Shown: one piece after another, positions 17,551 through 27,447 of the stretch
Numbering within the stretch: the stretch's first letter is position 1
Layout of the letters: the number at the start of each line of letters is the position of its first letter
Assembly: GCF_000014265.1 (NCBI RefSeq)
Contig: NC_008312.1
Location: forward strand, 2,820,001-2,852,000
Direction of reading: 5' to 3'
Length of the DNA stretch: 32,000 bases
Source of the DNA: Trichodesmium erythraeum IMS101
GTDB lineage: Bacteria > Cyanobacteriota > Cyanobacteriia > Cyanobacteriales > Microcoleaceae
Notes under the pieces: model-generated
Told to the model about the DNA's origin: nothing
Database searches by the model: none
What the model saw: only the letters and a program-made list of their open reading frames with translations
Translations under genes and position numbers: made by a program

Positions 17551-17559
17551 AAAAAACTG

Positions 17560-18113
17560 CCTATACTGTCTCAATAAAATTCTTAGGTCGGTCAAGATGT
17601 TAGTCAGACAAATTTTAGGTTTGACGACTTAGGAAAGAAATAATTTTTAGCGATCGCCTTAGGAAAACCCGTGAATTTATCTTGGCTTACTCCCAGTGAA
17701 TATAAACCATTAATAGAATGTAATAGCCAACGGGAAATTATTTAAATAGTTGGAAAAACAAAATAATTAGCAAGTTTTTGATCAAATAAAATTTCCACTA
17801 TTAAACAAATATATTTTTTATGATTTGGCAAAGCTTTATCTCTGGCGTCGCAAATTACCATAATATCAGGATAGAAGAATGTATTAGTAATTTCTATATG
17901 AGCCTTCATGTCCGACATATAGGTGCGACCACCACTGTGTCCGAGATAATTTATTAACAGTGCAAATAAGTTGCCAGCAATGGTAACATAGCCATCACTA
18001 GCACCTGCCATTGCATATAATTGTCCATCAATATATTTGTGTTTAATAGGGCTAAATTCTTCTTTTAAATATTCTTCAGGAGGAATGTAATTTGTGTTTT
18101 AGTTAGCAATCAT
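17560..18113 (-). pseudogene. Uma2-family (DUF820) putative endonuclease pseudogene
   Basis: ATG at 18113, then MIAN*NTNYIPPEEYLKEEFSPIKHKYIDGQLYAMAGASDGYV.., YPDIMVICD and LIVEILFDQK. The TAA at codon 5 is nt 18099-18101. The C-terminal third is out of frame and decayed. Confidence 0.6.
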
Positions 18114-18324
18114 ATTTTTAAAAATAGAAGTTTTGTATAATTATATCATTAGCAATAATAATAAACCAGAAAATCCCTTTATTAAAATATATTCCTCAAA
18201 AATTTAGCTACTCTAATTTTGTAATAATTCAATAGCTAAATATTTACCTACTTTTTTGGTTTCCTGGTATCTATTATTATTAGTTATAATCCCAAAATAT
18301 TGTTCATTAAAAATATAAATAAAA

Positions 18325-19446
18325 ATGGAACTTTGGAATATTCCTGCTATTGACCAACACGCTCATAATTTGTTACAACCAAAAGCGATCGCTCATTATC
18401 CTTATGCTGCTGCTTTTACCGAAGCCCATCATACCGATATTATTAATTACCATAGCTGTAATACCCTATTTTATCGTCGAAGTTTACGGGATATGGCAGA
18501 CTTATTAAAATGTGAACCGCAAGAATCAGAAATATTAGCAAAACGAGATAATTTAGGGTTAGAAAATCTAACCAAAACTTGTTTTAACGCAGCCAACCTA
18601 GAGACTATTTTATTAGATGATGGTTTTCTCCCAGAAGAAATTTTACCTTGGCAATGGCATCAACAATTTGTAGGTGTAAAAAGATTATTAAGAATCGAAA
18701 ATCTCGCCCAAAATCTAATTCCTCAAGTAAATAGTTTTGGCGAATTTTTGGAAAGATTTAGAGTAGAAATTGACCCCCCGTCCCAAGAAGTAGTGGGTTT
18801 TAAAAGTATTGCAGCCTATCGCACAGGTTTAGAGATTCAACCAGTCAATATAGAATTAGCAAAATCTCAATTTAATACTATTAAAAAAAATTCAGGAGAA
18901 AAATTACCACGTCTCAATCATAAATCTTTAATTGACTTTTTAATAATCCAGACATTGGAAATAGCTGCAAAATATAAAATGCCAATACAATTTCACACAG
19001 GATTTGGCGATCCAGACTTAGATTTACGTCAATCAAATCCTCTACATTTGCGATTTTTATTAGAAGATAATCGCTTTCAAAATACTCCCATTATTTTATT
19101 ACATGCTTCCTATCCTTATAGCCGTGAAGCAGGTTATTTAGCATCAGTTTATCCTAATGTTTATATTAGTTTTGGGTTAGCTATACCTTCCTTAAGTATT
19201 GCTGGAATGAAACATGTAGTCAGACAATTAATGGATGTAGCACCTATTAGTAAATTGATGTATTCTTCAGATGCTCATTTGATTCCTGACCTGTATTATT
19301 TAGGTGCTAAATGGGGGCGAAAAATTTTGGCATACGTGTTAGAGGAATCAGTCAAAGATGGAGATTTAACTATTAATGAAGCTGAGGAAATAGCTGTAGA
19401 TGTTCTTAGAAAAAATGCTACTGATATTTATCAATTAGATATGTAA
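18325..19446 (+). CDS. Amidohydrolase-2 family metal-dependent hydrolase (TIM barrel)
   Basis: N-terminal IDQHAHNL (HxH), then QFHTGFGDPDLD, LLHASYPY and SSDAH. 373 aa. Confidence 0.65.
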   Translation: MELWNIPAIDQHAHNLLQPKAIAHYPYAAAFTEAHHTDIINYHSCNTLFYRRSLRDMADLLKCEPQESEILAKRDNLGLENLTKTCFNAANLETILLDDGFLPEEILPWQWHQQFVGVKRLLRIENLAQNLIPQVNSFGEFLERFRVEIDPPSQEVVGFKSIAAYRTGLEIQPVNIELAKSQFNTIKKNSGEKLPRLNHKSLIDFLIIQTLEIAAKYKMPIQFHTGFGDPDLDLRQSNPLHLRFLLEDNRFQNTPIILLHASYPYSREAGYLASVYPNVYISFGLAIPSLSIAGMKHVVRQLMDVAPISKLMYSSDAHLIPDLYYLGAKWGRKILAYVLEESVKDGDLTINEAEEIAVDVLRKNATDIYQLDM

Positions 19447-19676
19447 TAATATGATGCATCATTTATTCTAATTATTCTTATTTTTGTCACGACAATGTTA
19501 GCGAGAGTCTCTTGCTCCCTTATTGAATTGATAATGGATAGTTACCCCTTTAACAATTGATTGTGGAGAAAACATCCTTAATCATAATTGATGTAACTTG
19601 TTTGTATCAATGTACACTTATTCGCAGTAAAATAGAGGCATTTCTAGTATGGTAAATCAAACCATTTCACTATTTG

Positions 19677-19705
19677 TAGGTTGGGTTGAGATAACAAAAC
19701 CAAAA
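19677..19705. repeat. Same hairpin-repeat family, copy 2, opposite orientation
   Basis: GTAGGTTGGGTTGAGATAACAAAACCAAA. Confidence 0.5.
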
Positions 19706-20021
19706 ATATATAGCACAACCCACTAAAATTGGGATATCCTACTATTAATATTCCAATGTTTTTTCAACCAAAATTTATTATCTTATAGTACTTTTCAAAT
19801 TAATGATCTCACGTCAGAAGCAAAATAGGCGTTGCATAAATAGAGAATAATTTTAGTACTTTTGTCAAATGAGCATCTTGCCTGTTCCTGATATTTTTGG
19901 GCTAGTAGAATGTCTGCTCCAATTATATTCATCCCTAAATTCAGCAACACCGCAAAATATTGTAGGGATGTTCGATGGAATATCCCTACTAGCTAAAAAA
20001 AATACTTTCATATAAGTTTTT

Positions 20022-20053
20022 GTTAGGTTAAGCGACAGCGCAACCAAACCTAC
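20022..20053. repeat. Same hairpin-repeat family, copy 3
   Basis: GTTAGGTTAAGCGACAGCGCAACCAAACCTAC. The arms GTTAGGTT and AACCAAAC pair with one mismatch. Confidence 0.45.
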
Positions 20054-20103
20054 ACCTATTCCTACAACTATTCCCTCCTGCTTCCTTCTTCCTTTCTCCT
20101 CCC
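20049..20103. repeat. Loose heptamer, polypyrimidine tract 3' of the guanylyltransferase gene
   Basis: CCTGCTT CCTTCTT CCTTTCT CCTCCCC and flanking CCTxxxx units. Confidence 0.45.
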
Positions 20104-21153
20104 CTACAATAAATCCTTAAACTTAGGATGATTAGCCAAACTCTTCAAAACCTTCTTAATATCCTGCGATCGCTCCTTTTTAACAATCAAAGTCACATTC
20201 CCATCCCTAACAACAACCACATCCTCCAAACCAATAGTTACAATAGTATCATCATCATCGGTAGCAAAAAAAATCGACCTCTTCGTATCCAACCCCAAAT
20301 GATTAGCCAACTCCACATTCACACTATCCCCCTTAACCAAACGTTCCAAACCATTCCAGTCACCCAAATCATCCCAACCAAAAGCCACAGGTAACACAAA
20401 AGCCTTATCAGTCTTCTCCATCACTGCATAGTCAATACTCTTTTTCTCCAACTGAGAATAACCCCCAGGACCCATCGTCTCCAAAACAGTCATCATTGTT
20501 GGCACATATTTTCGCAACTCCGCCAACATCACCCCCACCCTGAAAACAAAAATACCGCCATTCCAACTAAAACGCCCCGTTGCTAAAAACTCCTCCGCCT
20601 TCTCTCGGTTAGGCTTTTCTGTAAACCGTGCCACCTGATAAACGTCAAACCCGCCAAAATTTCCTGCTTTTTTTCCCTGTTCAATATACCCATAACCAGT
20701 AGAAGGAAAAGAAGGTTTCACACCTAGGGTGACAATAGCCTCCTGGTTAGTGGCCAATTCTGCTGCTGCCTCCAGAGTCTTATGGAATATTTCTGGCTCA
20801 CCGATCCAATGGTCAGCTGGAAAAAATCCAACAACTATATCTTCCCCATAACGATGTGCCGCTTCTATTGTTGTCCAAGCAACAGCAGGAGCAGTATCCC
20901 TTCCTTCCGGTTCTGCCAATATATTTTCCTGTGGTATTTGGGGTAACTGTTGTGCCACACCTGCGGCCAACATTGCCGAAGTCACAACCCATAAACCACC
21001 CCAATCATTAGATAATGGGAGTAGTCTCTGTGCTGTGGTTTGTAACAAACTTTTACCACTACCGTCAAGAGAAAGAAACTGTTTAGGCCGATGCTTACGA
21101 CTCAGGGGCCAAAAACGTTCTCCTTTTCCACCAGCAAGAATAACAGGTATCAT
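20104..21153 (-). CDS. Mannose-1-phosphate guanylyltransferase (nucleotidyltransferase domain only)
   Basis: N-terminus MIPVILAGGKGERFWPLSR, then EPEGRDTAPAV and GYGYIE. 349 aa. Confidence 0.8.
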   Translation of the reverse strand: MIPVILAGGKGERFWPLSRKHRPKQFLSLDGSGKSLLQTTAQRLLPLSNDWGGLWVVTSAMLAAGVAQQLPQIPQENILAEPEGRDTAPAVAWTTIEAAHRYGEDIVVGFFPADHWIGEPEIFHKTLEAAAELATNQEAIVTLGVKPSFPSTGYGYIEQGKKAGNFGGFDVYQVARFTEKPNREKAEEFLATGRFSWNGGIFVFRVGVMLAELRKYVPTMMTVLETMGPGGYSQLEKKSIDYAVMEKTDKAFVLPVAFGWDDLGDWNGLERLVKGDSVNVELANHLGLDTKRSIFFATDDDDTIVTIGLEDVVVVRDGNVTLIVKKERSQDIKKVLKSLANHPKFKDLL

Positions 21154-21314
21154 CAGATTCTAGATTATTTAATAGACTTAAATAATTCCATTTTAAGTTT
21201 TGATTGTCAGTTTCTCCAAAATTATTAAGTAGATTAGTAAACTTTTAAACTGCAAGGTCTTAGTTAGAGCAATAATCTTACTTATAAGTTTATGTTTTTA
21301 TTTTTCAATAATTT

Positions 21315-22685
21315 ATGAATAATAGTTCTTCTAATAACTCCCAGCCTATTTTCTTGAAATTGTGGTTCTGGATACTTATATTACTGTTAAGTGGAACCAT
21401 AACTACTTCTTTGGGAGCAATAACTGCTTTGTTTGCCCCTGTTGAACCAGAATTTATAACTCAGCTACTCCAAGAGTTTATTCCAGATATTATTGTTTGG
21501 CGTAAACGCTTACCTTACCAACTTTCACGACCTATGAATATCCTAGTGATGGGAATTGATGAAGTTCCTGGGGTAACAGAAGATTCTCCTAATGTATTTG
21601 AAGGCCGTAGTGATACTTTACTATTAGTACGAGCTAATCCTAGGAAGAAGACTGTAAGTTTACTTTCTGTACCACGAGATACTAAAGTCCAAATTCCTGG
21701 AATAGGTCTTGCTAAAATTAATGAAGCTAATCTATATGGGGGACCAAAACTGGCAAAAAATATTTTAAAAAATACTCTGAATAATGTTGAGGTTGATCGT
21801 TATGTGCGAGTAAGCAAAAAGGGGTTTCGAGAATTAGTAGAACAATTGGGTGGGGTAGAAGTTTTTATTTCTCAACCTATGTTTTATATTGACAATACTC
21901 AGCAGTTAAAAATAGATTTACAGCCAGGTTGGCAAACTCTCAATGGAGAACAAGCGCAGCAATTTGCTCGTTTCCGAGACGAAGTTTATGGCGATATTGG
22001 GAGGGTGCAAAGACAACAAGTTTTGCTAAAGGCCCTGCGAAGTCGTATTACTAATGTGACAGTTTTACCTCGCCTACCTCAAATTATTCGGGTGATGCAG
22101 AAGTATGTTGATACTAATTTAAGTTTTCCGGAAATGCTGGCTTTGATCAGTTTTAGTCTTGACTTGGAGCGAGATGATTTAAAAATGGTAATGTTGCCAG
22201 GAAGACCTAGTTCTAGAAATGAGTATTTTGCTAGTTATTGGATTATAGATCAGGCGGGTCGCGATCGTGTCCTAGAACAATATTTCGATTTCAAGTTAGA
22301 CAAGTTTAATTATGACAATATATATAAAAAATATAAAAATGAAATTTTGCCACAAGAAAAGAAAATAGCCGTGCAAAATGCCTCTAGTCACCCTCAAGTA
22401 GCAACAAAATTTGCTCAGTATTTGCGTAACGAAGGATTTGACAATGTTTATGTAGTTCCTGACTGGTCTGACAAACAACATTTGACTCAAGTTATTGTTC
22501 AAGGGGGTTATTTAGATTTAGCAGAAGTTTTGCAAAATACTTTGGGTTTTGGTAATATTGAACCAACTTCTACAGGTGAGATAGGTTCTGATTTGACCAT
22601 TAGATTAGGGGAAGATTCTATTAATAAAATTAATCTTTTAGAAAAAAATGAAGTTGAAGCCAAAATTGATTCATCAGACCTTTAA
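21315..22685 (+). CDS. LytR-CpsA-Psr (LCP) family protein with C-terminal LytR_C-like domain
   Basis: N-terminal TM helix. LCP core NILVMGID..GRSDTLLLVR..SLLSVPRDT..INEANLYGGP. C-terminal segment KIAVQNASSHPQVATKFAQYLRNEGF. Confidence 0.8.
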   Translation: MNNSSSNNSQPIFLKLWFWILILLLSGTITTSLGAITALFAPVEPEFITQLLQEFIPDIIVWRKRLPYQLSRPMNILVMGIDEVPGVTEDSPNVFEGRSDTLLLVRANPRKKTVSLLSVPRDTKVQIPGIGLAKINEANLYGGPKLAKNILKNTLNNVEVDRYVRVSKKGFRELVEQLGGVEVFISQPMFYIDNTQQLKIDLQPGWQTLNGEQAQQFARFRDEVYGDIGRVQRQQVLLKALRSRITNVTVLPRLPQIIRVMQKYVDTNLSFPEMLALISFSLDLERDDLKMVMLPGRPSSRNEYFASYWIIDQAGRDRVLEQYFDFKLDKFNYDNIYKKYKNEILPQEKKIAVQNASSHPQVATKFAQYLRNEGFDNVYVVPDWSDKQHLTQVIVQGGYLDLAEVLQNTLGFGNIEPTSTGEIGSDLTIRLGEDSINKINLLEKNEVEAKIDSSDL

Positions 22686-22790
22686 TATAGAGATTAGAGA
22701 ATAGGAAACCAGGAAAAACTTGAAAGAAAAATTTCCCGACTATAATCAAATCTCATTAATTAGCCATGCTCAAAATGATTTGATCACATC

Positions 22791-22825
22791 AATTTCTTCC
22801 AATTCCCAATTTCCAATTTCGTAAT
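22791..22825. repeat. Heptamer tract (TCCAATT-type units)
   Basis: AATTTCT TCCAATT CCCAATT TCCAATT TCGTAAT. Confidence 0.55.
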
Positions 22826-23173
22826 ATTTTCCCACAGTGAGTATTCAAAGAGACATGATATTAGGTAGCACTGCTTGATAAAACCAATATCAAACGTCAA
22901 AATAAGTAACATTTTAATGTTTATTTTCTCCTTCTACTGAGGCCGTTGCCGGCTACTAACTTACAAGCATCAAACCTCAAGGCGACCACAAAATTTACTC
23001 TTTGACTGACTCCAAGATCCCTATTTAGGACAATCATAAATTCTAGGCTTAACAGCATATCTTGAATGTGAATACAGCTACAGCAAGTTGTTGAGGCTGT
23101 AACCCCCAATTTTTCGGTAAATCTTCTTTGGTTGTTTCCTATGCTACTTTCCTTCCTCCCAATTTCCTGCTGT

Positions 23174-23704
23174 CTATCGAAATAACTCTACCCCATCTCT
23201 TCCATCAATAGCTTGCATATAAACCTTCACCTGTTCTTCCTTAGAAGTGGGTAATTTTTTACCTGTAAAATCTGGATGAATAGGCAACTCTCGATGACCC
23301 CTATCCACTAAAACAACTAATCTAATTACCTCTGGGCGACCATACTCAACAACTGCATTCAAAGCAGCTCGAACTGTTCGACCTTTATAAATCACATCAT
23401 CAACTAACACCACAATCTTACCAGTAATATCCACAGGAATTTCTGTTTTTGCCGGGGTTCGCATTCCCACTTGGTCCAAATCATCTCGATAAAAGGTAAT
23501 ATCTAATGCTCCCACAGGTACTTTAACTTGTTCTAGTAATTCAATTTGATTTCCTAAAACTTTTGCTAGTGGCACTCCTCTAGTATGAATACCTAATAAC
23601 AGCAATTGAGATAAATCTCCTGACTTTTCAATTACTTGGGAAGCCAGACGAGTAACACTACGCCGTAACTCTTTTGCCGATAAAATTTCTACTGTCTTGC
23701 TCAT
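23174..23704 (-). CDS. pyrR: Bifunctional pyrimidine regulatory protein / uracil phosphoribosyltransferase
   Basis: 176 aa. PRPP-binding loop [18 protein letters not shown] and a typical PyrR N-terminus. Confidence 0.85.
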   Translation of the reverse strand: MSKTVEILSAKELRRSVTRLASQVIEKSGDLSQLLLLGIHTRGVPLAKVLGNQIELLEQVKVPVGALDITFYRDDLDQVGMRTPAKTEIPVDITGKIVVLVDDVIYKGRTVRAALNAVVEYGRPEVIRLVVLVDRGHRELPIHPDFTGKKLPTSKEEQVKVYMQAIDGRDGVELFR

Positions 23705-24744
23705 TTATTCACCAAAAAAAATTGGTCTGAAACGTCCCCCATAAGTGGGCGACTTTGTAAATTTGTTTTTATTCTATGAGTATTTTATCGTATTTTTAGT
23801 TTAAATAAAAATAAGGACAATAGTAAAATTTTCTATCATCATTTATTAATGCCATTAGCCTTTATATTGTATAACAACTGGACATTAATATAGTTTTAAA
23901 GAGTATTTTCTTATTTTTCATAGCATTAATCATCATTTCTTCAATTAGCCTGGTCTTGGCTATTGTCTAATCAGCCTTTCAGTAAAAATTATCAGACATT
24001 CAGCTAATAAACTAGATAGTAAAAGTTCTGGGAATAACTCTTGCGAGCTTTGACTTATAACAATGTTCTCAGTCATAAATTAACTCAACTTGAACTGTAG
24101 GTGCTGTAAGCATTTTCCAGTAATACTTTGATTCTTTATTAGCACAAAGCTACCAGATTTTGGACAAAGTAAAAAATGCTATAGAACTATGAGGTCAGCT
24201 TTTTAGGTTACAGAACTGTTAAAGGAAATCCTTAAATAGTCCGTATTGGAGCTATATTTTGGATCAAACTGATATATTTTTTAGATGATATTTCTCTCGA
24301 ATAATCTCATAAACAACGGTAACTAAATATTTGATAAATCGAACAGTTTAATTCCTATTAGTTTCCTAGATTTTCTTAGAGAGAAATATGCTGAAATAAC
24401 CCTACCCTTCAGAGAGAGTAGGGCAAATGGTTATGATTGACACAAAATACATTGCGTTTATTTTTGCTCTACATCTGCTGAACAGTATATTTTGAGCCAA
24501 GGAGCTATAAATCAAATAATATCCTTCTTCCCTGCAAGTCTTTAGCCTGAGTATTCAGAAAAACTTTGCTCCTACTAACAAAGATTCATTTTACTAAAAC
24601 TTTTTCTGAGTTGGAGTCAGAAATAATAGCAGAGAAAAGCCACAATTCCTTGAGCTGCTTGATTGAATCTACTTATTTTCCCCCCTCAAAAAGAGATGGG
24701 GATTTCTCATGATAAATATGACAATATTTAGTCTTAACTTAAAA

Positions 24745-25167
24745 TCATGTTATTGCCATTTCCTCTTCTAACTCCTCTTCTTCAACATCCACATTCCCAT
24801 CTACTTGACGCAAATGAATATGTTTACGTCCTAAGGAAATTTCAAACTCATCTCCTGGTTGTAAATCCATTTGTTTAGTATAAGCTGCACCAATTAGTAA
24901 ATTACCATTAGATTGTACGCTAATCCTATAACTAGCAGAACGTCCCCCGCGCCCATTACCATTTTGTTTCCCATCTAATTTAATACCTTCAGCATCAATC
25001 AAAGCATTCAAAAATTTCATCATGTTAACTCGTTCAACACCATTTTTTGTAACGGTGTAGTAGCCACATGCCCTAGCTTTATCTTCCTTAGTTTTATTAC
25101 CTAAGTCTTTTACTTTTGTAAGTAAATCTTCCCCTTGTAAGGGATCAGGATTTTTCTTTTTTGACAT
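24745..25167 (-). CDS. Cyanobacterial AbrB-like transcriptional regulator (cyAbrB, C-terminal AbrB/SpoVT domain)
   Basis: C-terminal YRISVQSNGNLLIGAAYTKQMDLQPGDEFEISLGRKHIHLRQ. I place the start at ATG 25167, with AGGAA 7 nt upstream, rather than at the TTG at 25203 used by the ORF track. Confidence 0.75.
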   Translation of the reverse strand: MSKKKNPDPLQGEDLLTKVKDLGNKTKEDKARACGYYTVTKNGVERVNMMKFLNALIDAEGIKLDGKQNGNGRGGRSASYRISVQSNGNLLIGAAYTKQMDLQPGDEFEISLGRKHIHLRQVDGNVDVEEEELEEEMAIT

Positions 25168-25481
25168 GTTTTCATTCCTATATAACTTTACTACATTTAT
25201 CAACTTTTGTCTTGGCTTTTTTTAATTCCAATAAACAATAGCTTGATGTTTGCTTGTAAAACTATATTACACTAATTATCCAAATATTTCATTTATTCAA
25301 TTAAATTTTTAATATAAAAATCTAAGAATAGTGATTGATTAAATTCAGCAATCATCTATATAGTATGTAATATAAGCGTTGAGAGATTAACTATCAACTA
25401 TTAACCTATTTAGTTGAGTGGCCATTTGATATAGTTACAACTATAAATTACTCTAGCTCCTTTGAATTAAGGTAGTATACA

Positions 25482-25925
25482 ATGAAGTTAACTACTCGTG
25501 GACATTATAGTGTTAAGGCACTTTTAGATTTAAGCTTACAACAAAGTAATACACCAGTATCTGTCAAAGAAATAGCAGTACGTCAAAACATACCTGTAGC
25601 CTATCTTGAAAAGTTACTAATAGAGATGCGTCGTGGAGGTTTAGTTGTATCATTTCGTGGGGCTCAAGGTGGATATCAACTAGCTAAATTACCAGCTCAA
25701 ATATCTTTAGGAGAAATACTAGAATCTGTTGGTGAAACAATTGAACCTTTGTTTAAATATACTCCTAATGCTAGCCATGCAGAAGACTGGGTTACTTATT
25801 GTATCTGGCATCGGATCCATAAAAAACTTTCTGAAGCTCTTTACAATATTTCCCTAGAAGATTTATACTACGATGTTCGTAGTTGGCAAACTGTAGTAGG
25901 AGAAGAAACAAATTTTGTGGTTTAG
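25482..25925 (+). CDS. Rrf2 family transcriptional regulator
   Basis: MKLTTRGHYSVKALLDLS, a wHTH, and RGAQGGYQLA. Only one Cys lies in the C-terminal part, so an Fe-S cluster ligand set is not evident. Confidence 0.8.
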   Translation: MKLTTRGHYSVKALLDLSLQQSNTPVSVKEIAVRQNIPVAYLEKLLIEMRRGGLVVSFRGAQGGYQLAKLPAQISLGEILESVGETIEPLFKYTPNASHAEDWVTYCIWHRIHKKLSEALYNISLEDLYYDVRSWQTVVGEETNFVV

Positions 25926-26023
25926 TTTTTGATAGTTTAAGTCTAAAGTTGTAAAAGTTAATCAGTGGTTAAATGATTAGCAAGAATTATTCACTCAAAT
26001 AAATTTACAATTATTGAATTACT

Positions 26024-27016
26024 GTGACTTATAACTATACTTTCATTGTTATTTTTATAGCTGCTTGTCTAGATTATTTGATTGGCGATCCTTGGAGTTG
26101 GCCACATCCTGTAAAAGTTATGGGATGGATAATTACTCATTACACTCAAATGATTTTTCAACTCAGTAAAAATTATAGAGAGAACTTCCCTAGCTTTGTA
26201 CTGAGATTTGCTGGTATTTTACTAACAATCACTCTTGTTTTCGGTAGTGGAGTTATCAGTTGGTTAATTGTTCAAGCTTTACGAATAAATTTTGTCCAAT
26301 TTCCTTTATTAACTGTAATATTAGAAAGCATTCTATTAGCTAGCTGTTTTGCTGGTAAAAGTTTAAATACTGCAGCTAAAGACGTACTTAAACCTGCCCT
26401 AGGTGGTAATTTAATTCAAGCACGCCAAAATTTAAGTTTATATGTAGGTAGAGATACAGAAAATTTATCAATTTCAGAAATATTTCGCGCAGTTTTGGAA
26501 ACAGTCACAGAAAATGCTACAGATGGGGTAATAGCACCATTATTTTATGCTTTAGTAGGAGCAATAATACCTGATGTAGGCAGTATACCTTTGGCCTTTG
26601 CGTACAAAGCTGCCAGTACATTAGACTCAATGGTAGGCTACAAAGAAGCACCTTATACTCATATAGGATGGTTTAGTGCCAAACTAGAAGATATTTTAAC
26701 CTGGTTACCTTGTCGCTTAAATGTATTGACTATAGCGTTCCTCTCTGGCAAACCTCTATATGTTTGCAAAATATGTCAAAGGGATGCAGTCAAAGACCCA
26801 AGTCCTAATGCTGGTTGGAGTGAATGTGCCTATGCTGCAACATTGGGAGTACAAATGGGTGGTGCCAACTCTTACAAGGGGACGGTTAAATATAAACCAC
26901 TATTGGGAGAAGCGACTCATCCAATTACAGCAGAAACTATTGATCGGGCATTACAGTTAACTCGTTACTGTTTTTTAATCTGGTTAGGATTATTTTTTAT
27001 AATACTAGGCATTTAG
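26024..27016 (+). CDS. cbiB: Adenosylcobinamide-phosphate synthase
   Basis: Polytopic membrane protein with GDPWSWPHPVKVMGW near the N-terminus, then ENATDGVIAPLFY and NAGWSE. GTG start. Confidence 0.8.
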   Translation: MTYNYTFIVIFIAACLDYLIGDPWSWPHPVKVMGWIITHYTQMIFQLSKNYRENFPSFVLRFAGILLTITLVFGSGVISWLIVQALRINFVQFPLLTVILESILLASCFAGKSLNTAAKDVLKPALGGNLIQARQNLSLYVGRDTENLSISEIFRAVLETVTENATDGVIAPLFYALVGAIIPDVGSIPLAFAYKAASTLDSMVGYKEAPYTHIGWFSAKLEDILTWLPCRLNVLTIAFLSGKPLYVCKICQRDAVKDPSPNAGWSECAYAATLGVQMGGANSYKGTVKYKPLLGEATHPITAETIDRALQLTRYCFLIWLGLFFIILGI

Positions 27017-27321
27017 GGTATGAACATTGGTAAATTCTGTTTGCCTAGCATTTGAGCACCAAAAACTAAGTAATTTTAGTTATTATCAGTACTGATCCCT
27101 GAAGTCAAGCCTTAAAATACATATCGCGAACATTTTTTTCCTCCTTAAAATAGGCAGGAGACCTAGTTTTTTGCTCACAAATTACTTTTGCAGCAGATGA
27201 GGGAACTACCGGATCTATAGGGTAAATGCTGAAAATGTACCTTACCAGCAACACCAAACTGCTGTAATATAGAATCTGATGGCCTTGCTATATCAAAGTA
27301 TGAAAATCAAAATTGAACAAT

Positions 27322-27349
27322 CTAAACTATTTGTTATTCAATAGTTTAG
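27322..27349. repeat. Inverted repeat CTAAACTATT-N8-AATAGTTTAG
   Basis: Perfect 10-bp arms, read directly. Confidence 0.6.
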
Positions 27350-27386
27350 CAATTACCAAAAATACTAATCATACCCACACTAGAGC

Positions 27387-27425
27387 AACCCTAATCCAAT
27401 TGATTATATAATCAATACAAGGGTT
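27387..27425. repeat. Nested palindrome AACCCT..ATTGATTATATAATCAAT..AGGGTT
   Basis: The central 18-nt perfect palindrome is at 27399-27416, and the flanking 6-bp arms also pair. Confidence 0.6.
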
Positions 27426-27447
27426 ACACATAACTAACATATCTACA

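Noticed and set aside
19865-20047. A 60-aa minus-strand ORF between the amidohydrolase and guanylyltransferase genes.
   Set aside because: It starts inside a hairpin-repeat copy, has no motif and no Shine-Dalgarno sequence, and is bracketed by repeats. It is likely spurious.
22921-23109. A 62-aa minus-strand ORF downstream of pyrR.
   Set aside because: It is Cys/Thr-rich with odd composition, no ribosome-binding site and no motif. The region is treated instead as noncoding with possible RNA structure.
23705-23770. I looked for a PyrR-binding attenuator hairpin in the pyrR leader.
   Set aside because: I could not find the conserved PyrR binding-loop sequence or a terminator/antiterminator pair by eye.
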